Program-made: the position numbers and the translations under genes
In this document: positions 40,718 through 55,470 of the stretch, piece by piece
How positions within the stretch are numbered: position 1 is the stretch's first letter
How the letters are laid out: every line of letters starts with the position of its first letter
Notes under the pieces: model-generated
Database searches by the model: none
What the model saw: the letters and a program-made list of their open reading frames with translations, nothing else
Told to the model about the DNA's origin: nothing
Assembly (NCBI GenBank): GCA_965285935.1
Contig: OZ260664.1
Coordinates: 19,406,001 to 19,470,000, forward strand
Direction of reading: 5' to 3'
From: Ophelia neglecta
Taxonomy: Eukaryota
Length of the DNA: 64,000 nucleotides

Positions 40718-43700
40718 AAATCATAAGACAAGAAGAAGCCACAGGCCAACATAAATCAATCCCCATATCCAAAGAGGGTTGTAAAAGGTCCATGCATAGG
40801 TATAAGGAAAAGAGCGTTACATAGTGATTGTGGGGTATAATATTAAAGTATAATTTTAACTATGTAAAGTAAAGTAATCACCATTTTATTGGGACTGAAC
40901 ACCTGTTTTTGCAACACATGAAGATACATCAGTATGAAGCCGTTGTCCATGACACCTAGCAACCATTTCCGTCTAAGACAGCTGTTAAAACGACTAGCTT
41001 GTGCCAAAGGTAGCACTTGTTCTGAAATACACAACTGGACACGCCTAATATTCACACAAGTACTTAGATTCAAATGTGAACTTCCAACAACACCTCAAAC
41101 GCCGTGTGGTAACGGCCTTACTTAAAATAAACGATACTTAATACTATTAAATTTCCTATCAAATTTGCCATTGGAAATAAACTTCGGTTTGCAAACATAA
41201 ATAATTTCTAAATAATGGTATACTTGTTTGGAACCTGTTTTTTATATCAAGCATGAGGCAATGGATACACACTGAAAATAATTTGGAAACACAGTATCGC
41301 AGGGTATTATGGCGCAACAATCCATCATCGTAAAGCCAAAGACCAAAGAGCCGTTTGTAAATAAATGTCAGAGTTTATCTCTTCCGGTGGCAATAATTTC
41401 TTTACTATGTCAGGCAAATATATGATTTTTCATCAATGGAAAACCGGCTAATAATGCTTAATGTCTGAAAATTGTAAAATGCCAGACACATGCATAATTC
41501 AAAGCATCCCCACTTTAATAAATATTGAGCAATAGTTGTGCTGCCTACGTGATATAATGGTTTGATGGATCCCAGATACGCTACTGAGTCCATTCTTTCC
41601 GATAGTAATTGCCACATGACACGCACTTTCATTTTAGTACAATCGCGGGGTAAAATGTGCCATTTGTTTAGAAGATGAGTAGAGTGGCGAATGTCATACT
41701 ACACAATGTGTAAACCTTTGCACTCGGTTTAATACCGATACTTCCTGTTACAACCCCTGATAATTGCAAAACAAAACTGCATTACCATATCTAGAGAGAC
41801 CCGAGAGTTAAAGATCATGCAAAGTTAGTGTGAGCGTTTTAAAACTACCTAACATATAGATAATTAAACTATGATGTGACTGTGGTTACAAGCATTATGA
41901 TTATTCTAAACTTCCGAAAAGGCCGTCATAATTATCCAAAGGATTGATCATACTTTATAATCATAAGGTCTCGGGGCCTTACGGTTGTTGAGGCACAATG
42001 CTGGTTCAATTGGGAAGCACGGTTATCTGTGGGACGAGACAAAAAAGCATTTGGGAACATCACACCAATGGTCTTCGTTTCCTTAGGCGGGATATACAAT
42101 ACTTTATGCTGGTCAAAAGTACCCATTTTCGACACAGACGTAATACATATTTATCTAGGCACAATTACTAGGACTCAATGTAAAGATTCCAGTAACAGAA
42201 GCCAACATATGATTTTTATGCCAAATCCCTTACGATTTTGATGTTTAGAAAGTTTGTATCATTTTACAAAGTTTAAACCTGTAAACATTATGATGGTAAA
42301 GCAACTTTGGCTTGCACATATTAGACCAGTCCATCAATGTTTAAGCTTTTACTTTCCATATTTTCGCTGTTAAATTTTCCTTCCTAAAGTCACAATTTCT
42401 TAACAATCATATGTGTATTGGGCACACGGACCAGGTTTCAACAGTACAACGTGTAAATCTCCAACACACTTCATTGGGCCTTGCAAGCGTAAGAGGACCC
42501 CTCGGAGCTCCTGTGATAATCTATTTAAACTGCCGAACACCGTTTCACGTATTAGACAAAAGTCTTGCTCATGTTTGGTACTCACTAACATTATACTTTT
42601 CGTTAACTGCATAGCCATTGTTTGGTCGATGACTTTCCTGCTTCTTGACCGTTCGGAGGGATTACTTTGATCTCATGTTTGCTAGATCCAATGATTAAAA
42701 TTGTGGCTGGACAATAAGTACCTTGGCTCTTTCTCTGGCCTTTGAGGTCAACTGTAAACTCAACAATCCCTCGTAAAATCACCTGGCAACATTGGAATTT
42801 CGACTATAATCCTATATACTCCCTTGATCCTTAGAGCCAATCGATCAATCCCCAGACCGAGTCACCTAAACCCAAACAAATAAGAACTATATTTAGTTGA
42901 TTAACCCGTGAGGTGTCTATCTGGAAATAACCGTGACACCTTCAGTAAATTCGGATTATTGCAACGCATTACGCCTGTCGAAGAAATCAACCAATAAGGG
43001 TTCGGAAAAAAGTCTGCCTTGGTTAAGCTGATGATGCTTATCATTTTCACGAATATCATCATTATATTAGCAATAAATTCTATTATAACAAATGATATTA
43101 CACAGCTTGGTTTCGGCAGTTTTCAAGCAATTTCGTGCATCGTCCCGATTAAAGCTAGGCCACTGGCACTTCAACAATAGAAAATTATCAGTTATTTTTC
43201 TAGTGTGTCCATCTCCAGCTACATTAACGTTAACAACAACTGAATTGGCATACAGGCTAGGCGTTTGACATATTCAACTTTTGCATTGACCATTTGGCTT
43301 TTATTTAGTATAGGAGTCTGAATGTGGTTTTGACCTAAGTAGGCTTCGGAACACAAAGTAGTTATCCGACAAAATATTGAAAATGTTATTACACCTATTG
43401 TCTCGTTCTTAAGAAAACAATAACATTAAATAAAAGTTTCTATGTACACTGCAATTAACTTACAAACGCCTGCCAAAACCGGGCCCGTTATTAGAGAAAT
43501 TTGAAATATAGTGGCATACCCGGGTATTCACTGGCGTGGCCGTATCTGATACCCATCTATGCCCTGTTGAAAGTCGTAAACAGGCCGTGTTACACTGGTT
43601 TATTTTCAATATATACCTGGTAGTAGAAGTTCGTAATGGTTCATAGCAGTAAAACGCAGTCATATAAAACATCGAACATTCCGATATTTACACGTCAATG

Positions 43701-46700
43701 CAAGAAGGGATTTGCTGGAGAAATCTCCGATATAACCCTATATTGGCAAGATGCGTTGATTAATGCTTGTAATACATTCAACCTGGCGGTTTTCTTTGAT
43801 ATCGGACCGATGTAATGCACCATTTATATTAATGATTTGCTTTTTGTGACAGACATCAGCTCGCTCCTTTTTTGGGGTGCAAGCCGGCTTAGTATATCAA
43901 ACATCGAAACAAAATGCAGCAGACCAGCATTATCTTAATATGACACCAATGCATGCTATTCTAGTATAATCGATATTCGAACCCGGTAAGTGATTTCTTT
44001 TGTATTTGCCAGATGTTTACATATCGATGAAACCAGTTTGCGGCTTTTCCTTTGTCTTAACTCAGTACTACTTTCAACTAATGTACAGATATTATTGGCT
44101 CTGAGCCGATATTTCATTAGTTAATGCATTCGTGGCTATACACCACTAGACAACAATAATCTAAGGGGCTATCGAATATCCGGTAATAAAGTAGTCCTCG
44201 GGCGTTAACTTATAGGTATTTTCTTATAATGGCCCAAAGTTGATTGAATCCGTTTGCATTACAATGACCATGTTGAAAATGTAGGACGAAGTGTAAAAGC
44301 CAAATACGATAATTGTTCTGCATGGTTCTAACATCGTTGGTTAAAGATGTCAACTTGATTAAGTGAACCACTCGCTGTTTTATAATTAATGAACAATTGA
44401 ATCTACAACACAGATCGATAAAACACTAATTGTTTAGTATCAACATTGTACCATTCAGGTCATAAAACGAAGAGCTCAGAAGAGCATTAACTGTCTCAAC
44501 TATGCCAAACAGCTGGCAATACAAACCATCCTAGAATGGAATATTTATTCATGCATAATAACTGTTCCAGGATGCATAGTTAGTACAGAATACTTAAACA
44601 CAGTTTGATTGCCCATTTAAATAATGCGTATCACAACAACCCTCTCAATTTTCTTGCCCTTAATGGACCATATGATAAAAATACTTACTCTGAAAAGCTG
44701 AAGCAAATATCTTATTGTAAGATCAGAGCTGTTAATTGTGATAACAGATACTCTTATTTCATGGGAATTTCATAATAGTAAGCACAGCATTACAGGATAA
44801 TAAATAGTTTGTTATGATCATCACACTTAATGTTTGTGTCAGTAAACATTTGCCATGCTACAAACGTGCCTTATGGAATGTAAAGTCAGCTCCATTTGTA
44901 GCCCGAGATCCAAGCAAATAAGAACGCCTAAAATTCAAATGTCACAATCCTATTTCTCTTCTCCAGTGACTTTGTTTATTGTTGCTAAGTCATACATCCC
45001 ATGAAACGCCACCAGTTAAAAAAGGCACATCTTCATGTATTGCGCTATGGCCGAACCTGATGTTTTGATACAAATATTAATCAATAATTTCCATCGGATA
45101 TTCTTCTCGGTTTTTGTAAGCCATTAACTCCCAGACAACAACATAGTCTGTGATCTTTCACAGTATGCCACGTAAATCCATGTTTATATGCCTAGCTTTT
45201 TCTTCATTTGTTCATGTAATTAAAACATGGAATAAGCAAAATTTCATTCTGATGTTTAAAATGAGCTGATAAGGACCAATGAACAGATCTGAAAAAAAAA
45301 AGGAAATGGCTCTGCAAATTTCTACACAGTGTAGTGTTTAAATTGAAAGTGTCACTGTGTATAAATCCAAGCGGATATGTTTTCTTAGGTTTTTCGATAA
45401 AGAAACTCTCCTAGCCATCCCATTGATTGTATTGCAGGCGTGTTCATCGATTTATGCATCGAGGGAACGACATAAGAGTAGGCGTTTTTGAAATTATCAA
45501 TACGGGTGAGAAAAACCTGCTTCCCTGTGACAAAACGGATTTCTATAATTTCGACCGGTAGTTTTAATCAACGGTAGTTTTAAATATTACATACCTCTGT
45601 TCTAAATACCAATAAAAATAATGGATTTTCTTAGTTTTTGGAACTGAAATCATCAGTCTATGATATTCATTCCATGTATATTCTTCTTTATTACTGAATT
45701 GCTACAATCCAGTCCGACTACTGATAGTACGATTAGTAGATAATATTTCTAGTACGTTGTAGATAGATACTAGTTCAGTTTATAGATATAGTGACGTGAT
45801 AAATCACAAGTGAACACACCTGCTATATATATTAAAAGAGGTTCGCGAATTGAAAATGAAAGAGATATTTAGCAGTTAATGTATGATTACAGCATATATT
45901 TAGCCATATCTACTAGTATGTATTGACCACACTCTGGATCCTGGCTTATCTCATTTAGGTGGACAGTTTAGGATTTAAAGATTATTCGGTTGAAACATAA
46001 ATGTTGTGCTCAAAAGGGAGAAACGATTGCTTATAGGTAATAACACACTTTAATGGGAGAGATTCGAAAGAGCGATAATTTTTTTTTTAAATAATGATAA
46101 TTGAGGAAAATACAGAAGAATTGATAAAATCTCAATGGAAGTCAATTTTCCCAATACGTGGTAAAATTGAAAATAAGTAAGTATGGGATAAATCATTAAG
46201 TATGGGATAAATCAAGAAGCACGGGATGCTAATAAAAAAACTACAGAGGGCGGAGCGAAAAAGAAGCAAAAGAAGTAAATACATGGCAGATAAGGCAAAC
46301 TGATTAATCACGGATAATCTAGTCGATCAGTACGAAATAATTATGTACTACCTTAGAACTACTGCCTTTTACACAAACCGTATATCATGTGATAGATATG
46401 TTATTGACTTACGTGGAGGCTTCGTAATACGTGGCTGTCACTCTGTGGTTTTAGGTCACTGAATACATTACTAAGGTTACATAGGGAGAGAAAAAAAATT
46501 CAATAGAAAATTTGAAATTAAAACCCCAAAAGTATAACGCTCGGGAGATGGCACAAATGAAAACAGCAAATAATATGATTGGCCAACATGAAAAATATAT
46601 CCTGCAAAGGATGCACATTGATTGAAGAGAATGATCCGTTAAGTCATCCAAATTAACCAGGAACCGTCATCGGGAGAATCCCCAGACATCAATTCCCAGC

Positions 46701-47074
46701 ACCATCTTTGTAAATACGATTATATTTAAGATTAACAAGTCTGACGCTTTCCATTGTGTCAGTCGTGTCTCAAAGTATTGCAATCATTGGATTACATTGG
46801 ATGAATGACTGAGTGTTGCAATCGTGAACCAATTGGAAACGGCTTCAGCGTCTTTCATTCTGTTGGACGGTTCAGTTGAAGGTTCCTAGTAATTTCGAAC
46901 CCATTCTTCTTAATTATTGATGTAGTCTGCCGTATATATATACTCCAATTTTTCAATACTACATACGGGACTATGGTCATATAGGATCTGGATCACATCA
47001 TGGAAAACCATTGCAAGTTATGCCAAATATGCAATTTTATTATATATCTTTCTTTTACCAGCTCATTTACAGTA

Positions 47075-47251
47075 CAGTGAAACCTGCCTTAAAGACCACC
47101 TCTATAAACAGACCACCTATCTATTTGACCACGAATATAAGGATGTTGCTATATGCTTTCAATGTGAAAAAACCTATCTAAACAGACCACCTCCAAAATC
47201 AGACCAGTATTCTCCAGTCCCTTTGGTGGTCTTAATTCACAGGTTTCACTG
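47075..47251. mobile_element. 177-bp MITE, Tc1/mariner-pogo type (TA TSD), copy 1
   Basis: The ends read TA|CAGTGAAACCTG...CAGGTTTCACTG|TA, a perfect 12-bp TIR extended imperfectly (AAGACCACC / GGTGGTCTT), with internal GACCACC repeats. Confidence 0.88.
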
Positions 47252-50200
47252 TAGTGAAGTTTTCACTTTACATCGGGTATCTACTCATGTTATTATCAAT
47301 TGCTAATTATAGTTAGTCAAACAATACTATGGAAAGGCGGTTTGTGCAGCATTATTGGCTATATCTTGGACAAGTTCTGATAATAACAATCTTACATTGA
47401 TCACACGTTCATTAAAACTCATCTCTGAAATACAATGAGCATGTCCAGCAAATCACTATATTTGTTTCGAACCAGTCACATGTGGAGCCTTAAGATAACC
47501 GTACGGAATGCCCATGTATATTAACAGTCATAACTACGAGAGGAAGGGTGATATATAAAAGATATTGGATACACGGCAGACAAAGCAAATTAATTAACAG
47601 ATAATCCTTTAAATCAATCCGAATTCATCAGGAATTAGCTGCCTTAGACCCACATACTTCAAACCCCACTTTACCCCACTTTCCAAACAGTTAATGTCAA
47701 TAAGGAAAGGACAACATACAATTAATATCATTTACTATTAGGAGTATTCAGCAATTGCCGATGATGCCAGTAAGAGTATAAAACGAACGAGTCAGTGGTC
47801 AACCTGAAAGAACATACATCTATATTTACGGGCGATGTAATAACACTTCGTTTACTGAAAGTCACACTAAGGAACTGGGGGTAGATGGTTGTGGGCGTGG
47901 GGCTGGCTGTTCCTTGAGATTTCGATTCGATGTAATTGATTATTATTATAGATCAGTGGTACTGCTTTGTCTGACGTGTATGTAATCCAGCTATAACTGT
48001 ACAGCTCATGACTCAGACATACGCAAGTGCTATTTGAAGAGAACTGTTAGTCAACACGATTCAATGTGTAATGACGTGATGGGAATATTTTACGAACCGT
48101 TATGTAAACAGAACATGGATTGACCATTATCGGCCAGCTTTATCAAACAGATCACATAACCTCGAGTCCACCACATGGGTGTGGTTTATCTAACCTTTGT
48201 GTGGCAAAACCAAAAAAGCTTCACAACAGCTCGACAATTATTTAGTTATAAGTAATATAATGTTTTCCAATTCTTAACAATTTTACTACGTTAAGTTTAC
48301 AATTATTGGATTTTTTTTGTTTTGTTTTTCATCATCTTTTTTTCGCGATTAATTTACCATTGTAAACATTTCCATCAAACTTATTAAATATTTTAATTAC
48401 AAATTAACTGATATATAGATGTTTGGCTTGTGTACCTTTGTTGAGCAAACTCAACACGCATGTTTCCTGCCTTTTATTGACCTTGCGGTTAGTAAACTGC
48501 AAAATACCTAATATCACCACTTTGGAAAACATGGTCAAAGAATGCCTAAAATGGAACCAAGTACATTTTTGTCAACAGAAATTCAATGTAAACATTGCCG
48601 AAAAGTTTCGAGTACACTTACCACAATGTTGGTATTATTAAGCTTAAAGTTTGTCCTCGTAGATTGGCTGGGACACTACATTTACTATTTTTGGAATTGA
48701 GCATGTTCTGTCTGTTGTTAATATGAAATATGTATATATCCTTTCTGTAAATGCCATTTTGAATGGGTTACCTAGGGCAAATATGTTAAATTAAATACAA
48801 TTTTATCATTAGATGTGAACTTTTGCTATTTCGAACCGCATTTAGGAGCTGCAGGCCCAAAGCATCAACACCGCGTTTCATAACCATAACCTTGTAGGTT
48901 AATAAAGGCGAGTGAATACATTAATATAACTTGATATCGCCAGCATTGAGAAGCATTCAACAGTTATCCATGATGAGGCAGAGCAATACTCAATGAGCGA
49001 AAATAAAATATACCTTTATGAGATTCGATTGTTTATTGTATGTTATTTAGCCCATTGAGGTCGGTAATAGGAGTCAGGAGCTAAGCCAGGCTCGCCCTAC
49101 AAAATGAAAAGATAGTCCTATTAACAAAAAAACTGACGCACAAAATACGACGACAGTTAACATATTGTCATTGCCACATATCGCATCACATGGCAGTAAA
49201 CAATTTGCAAGGCAATATGACTGAAATGTCTATAAGGGTACAAATTCGACAAAGGGTGGACATTTTTTATTCTGTACGTAATAAGTGCAAATTAGTTAGA
49301 ATCTCTTCAATTTGCTTTTAAAACGGGTGTCTAAATATCAATATAGAGCATGTTATAAATAGGGCTTATGCAAGAACCATTTTTCTGTCAATGGGCTTGG
49401 GTGACCCAATAAGTCAATGGTTTTATTGACAAATCCGTGCTAGGTAAGAAAACTGCAGCGGGATAAGGCACCACAGCTTACACAGTTATAGTGGTTCATA
49501 CGCACTCATGTTTGAAATTTAATTCCAAGATAAACTTTAGAGACATATCAATTACTATATTATTAAATTGGACTATAGAAGAAGCCTACCTGGCACTCGA
49601 CACTGGCTCCTCTGACTGAGGGCTCGGTTTTCCATTTTACAGCAGCGATATCATAAGACAAACTTGGGTTTTCTCTGATATTGATGAGTATTCCTGGATG
49701 CTTGTAGAAAACATATTTGACTTAACTGAAATAACCAGTAATATTCCGAGAATGAATGACCGGCCGCCTGGAGATAATTGCTCTTGCATGTTTGTTGTAA
49801 AAATTCTCGACCGGTCACTCTTTGATATAGCACCTATACTCATGCAGTTTGTGAGGCGTAAAACGTGTATGTCAATAGGTTTCTCGCCAGATGGCGCTAT
49901 AAATCAAAATTATGCTTGTTTAAATGTCAAAAAAATGTTGACCATACGTTTAAATGTCAAATCCATGGTGACGAATAGGACTAATTCAGCACTGACTTGA
50001 ATGGTCAATTTATTCAGGGGTTTTAATAAAACCAACTGGGGCCGATCACGCCCGTTAACCATAGAAGAGGCGATTTAGTTTGAAATCAAGAATCAGAGAC
50101 AGTGATACCCGTCTCCTACGTAGGGCGGATTCGTTGCTTCAGGGAATTCCACAATAAATTGGTATAAGAACCCATCTACCATTGCTAGAAAGAATACCTT

Positions 50201-50529
50201 AAAGAGAGTTAGAGGTTTTTATCTGTGCAACTGATTTGACTTTTCTGAGCAGCATATGCGGGTTTCTTTCCTCGTGTTACGCTTTTATATTGATCAGATC
50301 AAAAAGAGCTAGATTCTATTGAACCAATACATAACTCGATACAGCATGTAGAATGGAAAGGTAATTATTTTCGTAAAAAAATGATACTCAGTGCTAGCCC
50401 GTAAGAAATTATTATGAAGTTGAATTAATATTACATTTTTTGGGCTGGTGACGTCTACACATTTATTTTTCAATTAATTCTTTTTTACTCAAAAAATGTC
50501 ATATTTGCCTCCTTGATAATTAATGCCTT

Positions 50530-51310
50530 TTTTAGTGGATCAATGCCCGGATCAAATGATATTAAAGCACGATATTCCAATAGATCAATAGCAGTTGGCT
50601 TACCAAACCAACGCAGCAGTTTTGGGGAGTTTCCGAAACTTGGTGTAACGAGTCAATAACAAATGAAGAATTTCCAATGCATGGTATATTCAGGAGGGGA
50701 TGGGTCGACCAAATCTTACTGCCGGAATGGCTCTGTACAAACTTGTCAATGTGAGAGAAAACCTCAATTTAAGAACAGCCTTTGCTTAGCCTATAACACG
50801 ATAAGGTCCTGAACGCGTGCCAGAAACTTTATGGGTTGCGCTAGAGCTACGCAGATTCAAACCACACTAGATTTGTGTGGTCTATCGCCCTTACATTAGG
50901 ACACTGATTAATATTTAGTTGTGATAAACATGGGTTATTCTGGCTGATACTTAGAACAATCAGATATTTTATGCGAGATATAAATACCAATGTCGGGATG
51001 AAATATAATGGCCTAGTAAATTAATGAAATGATTTTATGTGATTGTTTTAACTTTGCTTAATTATTACTATTTCTAAAACATCTTGTATTTCACAACATG
51101 GTTTTTGTGTCCTAAGAGACAACTACATTACAACTACATTTCAAAGAGGCTAGCGCGAGAAGCGGTTAGCCAAACTGGCAAGAGAAAAGTTCCGAGAATG
51201 AAGAACCACTCCTAGGATGATTTTCAATCAAATCTTAATGGTGTGGATTGGTCTTATGCAAGCAATTTTTGTGCACATGATGGGGCATTTGGATCCTCCA
51301 GGTGTTGCAT
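50530..51310 (+). mobile_element. Decayed LINE ORF2 AP-endonuclease fragment (CR1/L2/Crack group)
   Basis: Motifs occur in canonical APE order across frameshifts: INAR (about 50540), TNAAVLG/VSETWCNESITNEE (about 50610-50670), VVYRP (about 50877), EMILCDCFN (about 51030) and RMKNHS*DDFQSNLNGVDWS (about 51195-51255). Confidence 0.7.
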
Positions 51311-54229
51311 ACAAGAAGAATGACTTTTTTGCAGTGTAGGTGCTACTTTGGTTGATACTTTGCCAGTCAGTATCACTCATTCCTTTGGGCGGTCGTATTG
51401 AAATGATTACTTGTGAGCGAGAAATATGGGTGCGTTTGATTGGAACTATAGGCCAGTGTCTCTCTTACCTGTATAATAATGTAGACAGCAGTGTATAACC
51501 AACAGCATGACTACATGGTGAATTGTGATTAATTCCATCTTACATGTTTCTATACCTGCACTGCTCTAGCTGCGTTATCGGTGTGTGTTAAATGTTACAT
51601 GGCCGATAGATAGATCTACAAAAAAGCCGTTGATAAAGAGAATCATGATATCGTGCATGATAAATGTGCTGCCATTGGCACCTATCATATATTAAAGTTA
51701 GAGTAGTGTAAATTTCTGACATGTTGCCGTGGTCACACGAAATTATTAGTTTTTGCCCTAAAGTTCAATTCTGGCGTCTATTCTGTTTCTAATGTATGTG
51801 AATGACATACGCGCGACTGTAGATGTACTGTAAAAAATCACAGGTCCACTCGCATCAGCTTTTCAACGGTAAATAAACTTCCAATGCAAACAATACAATA
51901 GATAATAAAATTTGGTATGACTAGCAATGAGAAGTGATGAGAAGTTGACCCATGATGAGGGTCAGAACAGAAACAAACGAGTCATTGGTCTACGGAGGAC
52001 AGAGTTGAAATATGGCCAATGAGAGTCTATGATGTTGTTAGCCTTCGTGTGATATAACTTTTCTCACAAGATCAAAGTGAAGTATAAAGGTTTCCTGCAT
52101 ACTAAAGAGGACACGGGTTTTATCGCCTCGATAGTGCAATATCATTAACTAACAATTATGCAGAGTGAACCAGCCAAAACTATCTGGTTTGAAAAACGTT
52201 TGGGAAGGTGTACATATTAATTGTCAGTCCTCTGTCAAATATTAGCATCAGATACTTAGAGATACTTTAGGACAACAGGTAAGAAAGTAAACTACAGCTT
52301 AAAGTTTCTGTAAAGATTGTTTTAAACGCAGATGCAAGAAAAATGCTGGATCTGTCTTTGCGTCAACCATATTTCTACTATGGTTGTAAGTATTGGTCTT
52401 TTGGACTTAGAAGCAACCTTAATACAAGGATATAGTTTGCGCCGACTAAGCAATATGTCTGTAATAGAGATAACTAAATATCTATGATGTTAATGTTTCT
52501 AATATATTCACGGTATGTCTCCCTCAAAATATGTATAGCATATTTTATTTAGACAATCATAGACGCTTCAAAGACATTCCATCTCTGTCCGGCATTGACA
52601 ACTGACTCTTTCGTTTCGTGCTTTGACTCGTGTAATAGAATATGTTTGATTACTTTTCATTTATAATGATAGCAATATGATATACCAAAGGAATAAACCT
52701 ATGTTTTCAAAAACCAAATATATCTATTTTACTCGTGTTAATTTCTTTTTTTGCGTAGTTTGACTACTTTTGATATATTCGGCCGGGACGCATACTGAGT
52801 CTGATACAGGATGGTAGCTAAAGTTAAAAATAATAGATCAGGTTCTTTAACACATCCTGCCATATCATAAGTCACAAAAAACTATCCCTTGGGGTGGGGG
52901 TGGGGGTATGCAATTTATATCTTCCCTGGCCTAGTCGACATCTGGTCGAACAAAAATGCAATAAGATGATAATGGAGTTATTTATCAAGCTATCTAGACT
53001 GACCCACATTGTTATCTACCCTACACATAACTGCTTCCCTGTACAAGCCTTATTTGACAACTGGGTACTTATGGTCGCTTTACATGTGGAAATCCGTATC
53101 TATGGGGTCGACCTGAAAGCTGATTAGGAGACTATAATAGCTACTTCCTGATAGCATTCTCGGTTAATTGGCCTGCATCTGGGTTAAAGGCGAGGATGGC
53201 TTCTTGCCAAGCTGATATGAAGAATCTCGTCGTTGTCAATACCGGCGTTGTCAATACCGGCGTACCGCAAATGTATCGAATCAACCAAATATTTCCAAAG
53301 CCAAGATCTATCTCCTTGGAAACCCCACCTCATAACACAGCCTTTTGACACAATCTGGCAATTAATAGATATATTTTATAGATGTTTTCCTCATACGACA
53401 GAGTCAATTTTTGCAAATGCAATTAATAATATGAATTAGGACGGCACATTGCACGAACGTCGTTCAATTTTACTGTTTGGTATATGAATGGGAGTTGATA
53501 CGATGCACACAAAGCAAAATCAATTGCAAATAGTTAATCAAATCGGTATGAAATCACCAGGAACCAGCAGCCCCAGGCCCGCATACATCAATCGTCAGAT
53601 TCCGAATAGTAAATAATCTGGTAATGGAAATAAAAAAGTTGAAATCATAAAAATGATACATTCCATAACACGAGTCCATGTGATGCCGGATGCGAGTGGC
53701 CAGGTTCTTTTTCAAATAGGCCGGAGCTCTGCTGGGCAAAGCTTTCTTATTAGCTTCTGCTGGAAACAGGTCGCCGCGACCGCTCAAAATGATCCAGATT
53801 GTACCCCAAAGGCTTAGAAAGTTGGACAAATACTAATTTTTATAGCAAACAAAGAATAATCTGGTCGCATTCCCTGTCGGGCCAACCATTACTCCAGTCT
53901 TCGAGAGAAAATTGGGCTTCCACGAGACGTGCAGAAGAGATTACTCATATGAACCTTAACATATGATTGCAAACGGCAGGAAAACAATATTCCAACACTT
54001 GTTAGTGTTCGCAGGACCACGTCTCATACTGATCAAAGACAGCCATCGTCGCTCGTCAAAATAGAATTAAATCCATCCATCTACTTCTAAAACTATCAAT
54101 ACTCCCACTTGAATCGAAAGCTAGAGCAAATATGTATAATAGCCCACATCAACATGGCACCAATTTGGCCAACCTTGCGCCGCCCCCCCCCCCCCTCAAA
54201 TGGATAAATAAAACAATATACATTACTCA

Positions 54230-55470
54230 AAAACGCCATGTAAACTTGCTATTCTTGATGCTTAATCTTGTCCGCAATACTGACTCATATTTAGATAGGA
54301 CATTCTCTGGAAACCTGGCTCATCAAAGATGACAGGGGCTTATTTTACAGTGACTCTATGTCTCTACCTGGGTGTTGCACTGTTGCACAAGTCGAATTTC
54401 AAATCAGAAAAATATCATAACAATTCTCTCCAGAAAAATTATATTATTTGCGGTATCTGGCTCAACAAAACTTAAATTGGAGATGGTTTATCGCCCAATT
54501 TCCCTGTAATTTTGTCGCCACTGCTATTATTGTGTTTATAGTTGGGGAATTCAATTCCCACCTGGATATCCCAGAAGACCATCATGGCCATGTATTTCAA
54601 CATAATTGAACAAGATATTACTAGTGTACCCAGAGATAGGGCCATATCATAGATTACACAATTTCAAGAAGTTATGAGACAGTTCTGTACCAAATAAAAA
54701 TCGGCGCACTGCTTTCTGATTTAAATGTCATTCTGTGTTCATTGATTATTATCAAACTTTGCCAAGACCAATTATAGACTATACTCAATGTTGGAGAAGT
54801 ATGGTCATTCCGCAATATAGCAGTGACAGTCTGGTTGCCTATATTCTATTAGGGTGGCTTTTAACATCTGGCTTATTACTTTTCTGAGCTCCATTAAGGG
54901 TGCAACTCTTGACTCTGTATTCGCGGACTATGTCTCTACGGCCTCAGCAACTCAAATTTACAGATGATTCACTTCACCTTAAGCCACAAAAGCCCAGATT
55001 CACCCGAAAATTGTTTAATACCGGTCTTGCTGAGGACGAGGAAAAGTACAAACGAACTTAAATTAATAAAAAAAAAGCCATTGACCGGACTAATCGTGAA
55101 CAAATAACGCAAAAATCTGGGAAACAGGCCCAGATGCGTAAGTAGTTTAACAGGTTGTTAGCACTCTGCTAAATAAAAAAAACCTCAGACTCTTCCGGAA
55201 CAAGACTCAGCTCAGGCTCTCGGGCTCTCGCTGATATATTTTCTCTCCCATAAAGATTCGTATTTTATTAGCAAGCCAAACTCAGTCACCGTTTAATGCC
55301 CAATCGGATTCACGTTGCTCTGTGCCCGTGAATACGTTGACCACGGAATCCGAGAGTGAGGTACGAAAACTAATAAGGAATTCATCCACATGTTGACTAA
55401 ACTCAGTTCCTTTTTGGGCTTTCACAAATGCAATGGGTGTGTTATTGCTAAATTTCACCCTGATAATAAA
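54230..55470 (+). mobile_element. Decayed L2/CR1-type LINE ORF2 (endonuclease and linker up to the start of RT)
   Basis: Motifs in order: LETWL (about 54307), VYRP (about 54486), IVGEFNSHLD (about 54540), GHIIDYTISR (about 54640), LSD (about 54712), SAQAL and ESEVRKLIRNSSTC*LNSVP (about 55350-55410, cf. TCxLDPIP). It may extend upstream to about 53600. Confidence 0.75.

Noticed and set aside
40563-40824. ORFs with IYIYIY repeats
   Set aside because: These are translations of the (TA)n microsatellite.
40319-42670. Candidate orphan exons (40319-40525 and 42400-42670)
   Set aside because: No recognisable domain and no consistent chain of splice sites.
43760-43855. Possible LINE RT scrap (LAVFFDI-GPM*CTIYINDL)
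   Set aside because: There are two suggestive motifs, but they are far too close together and too short to call.
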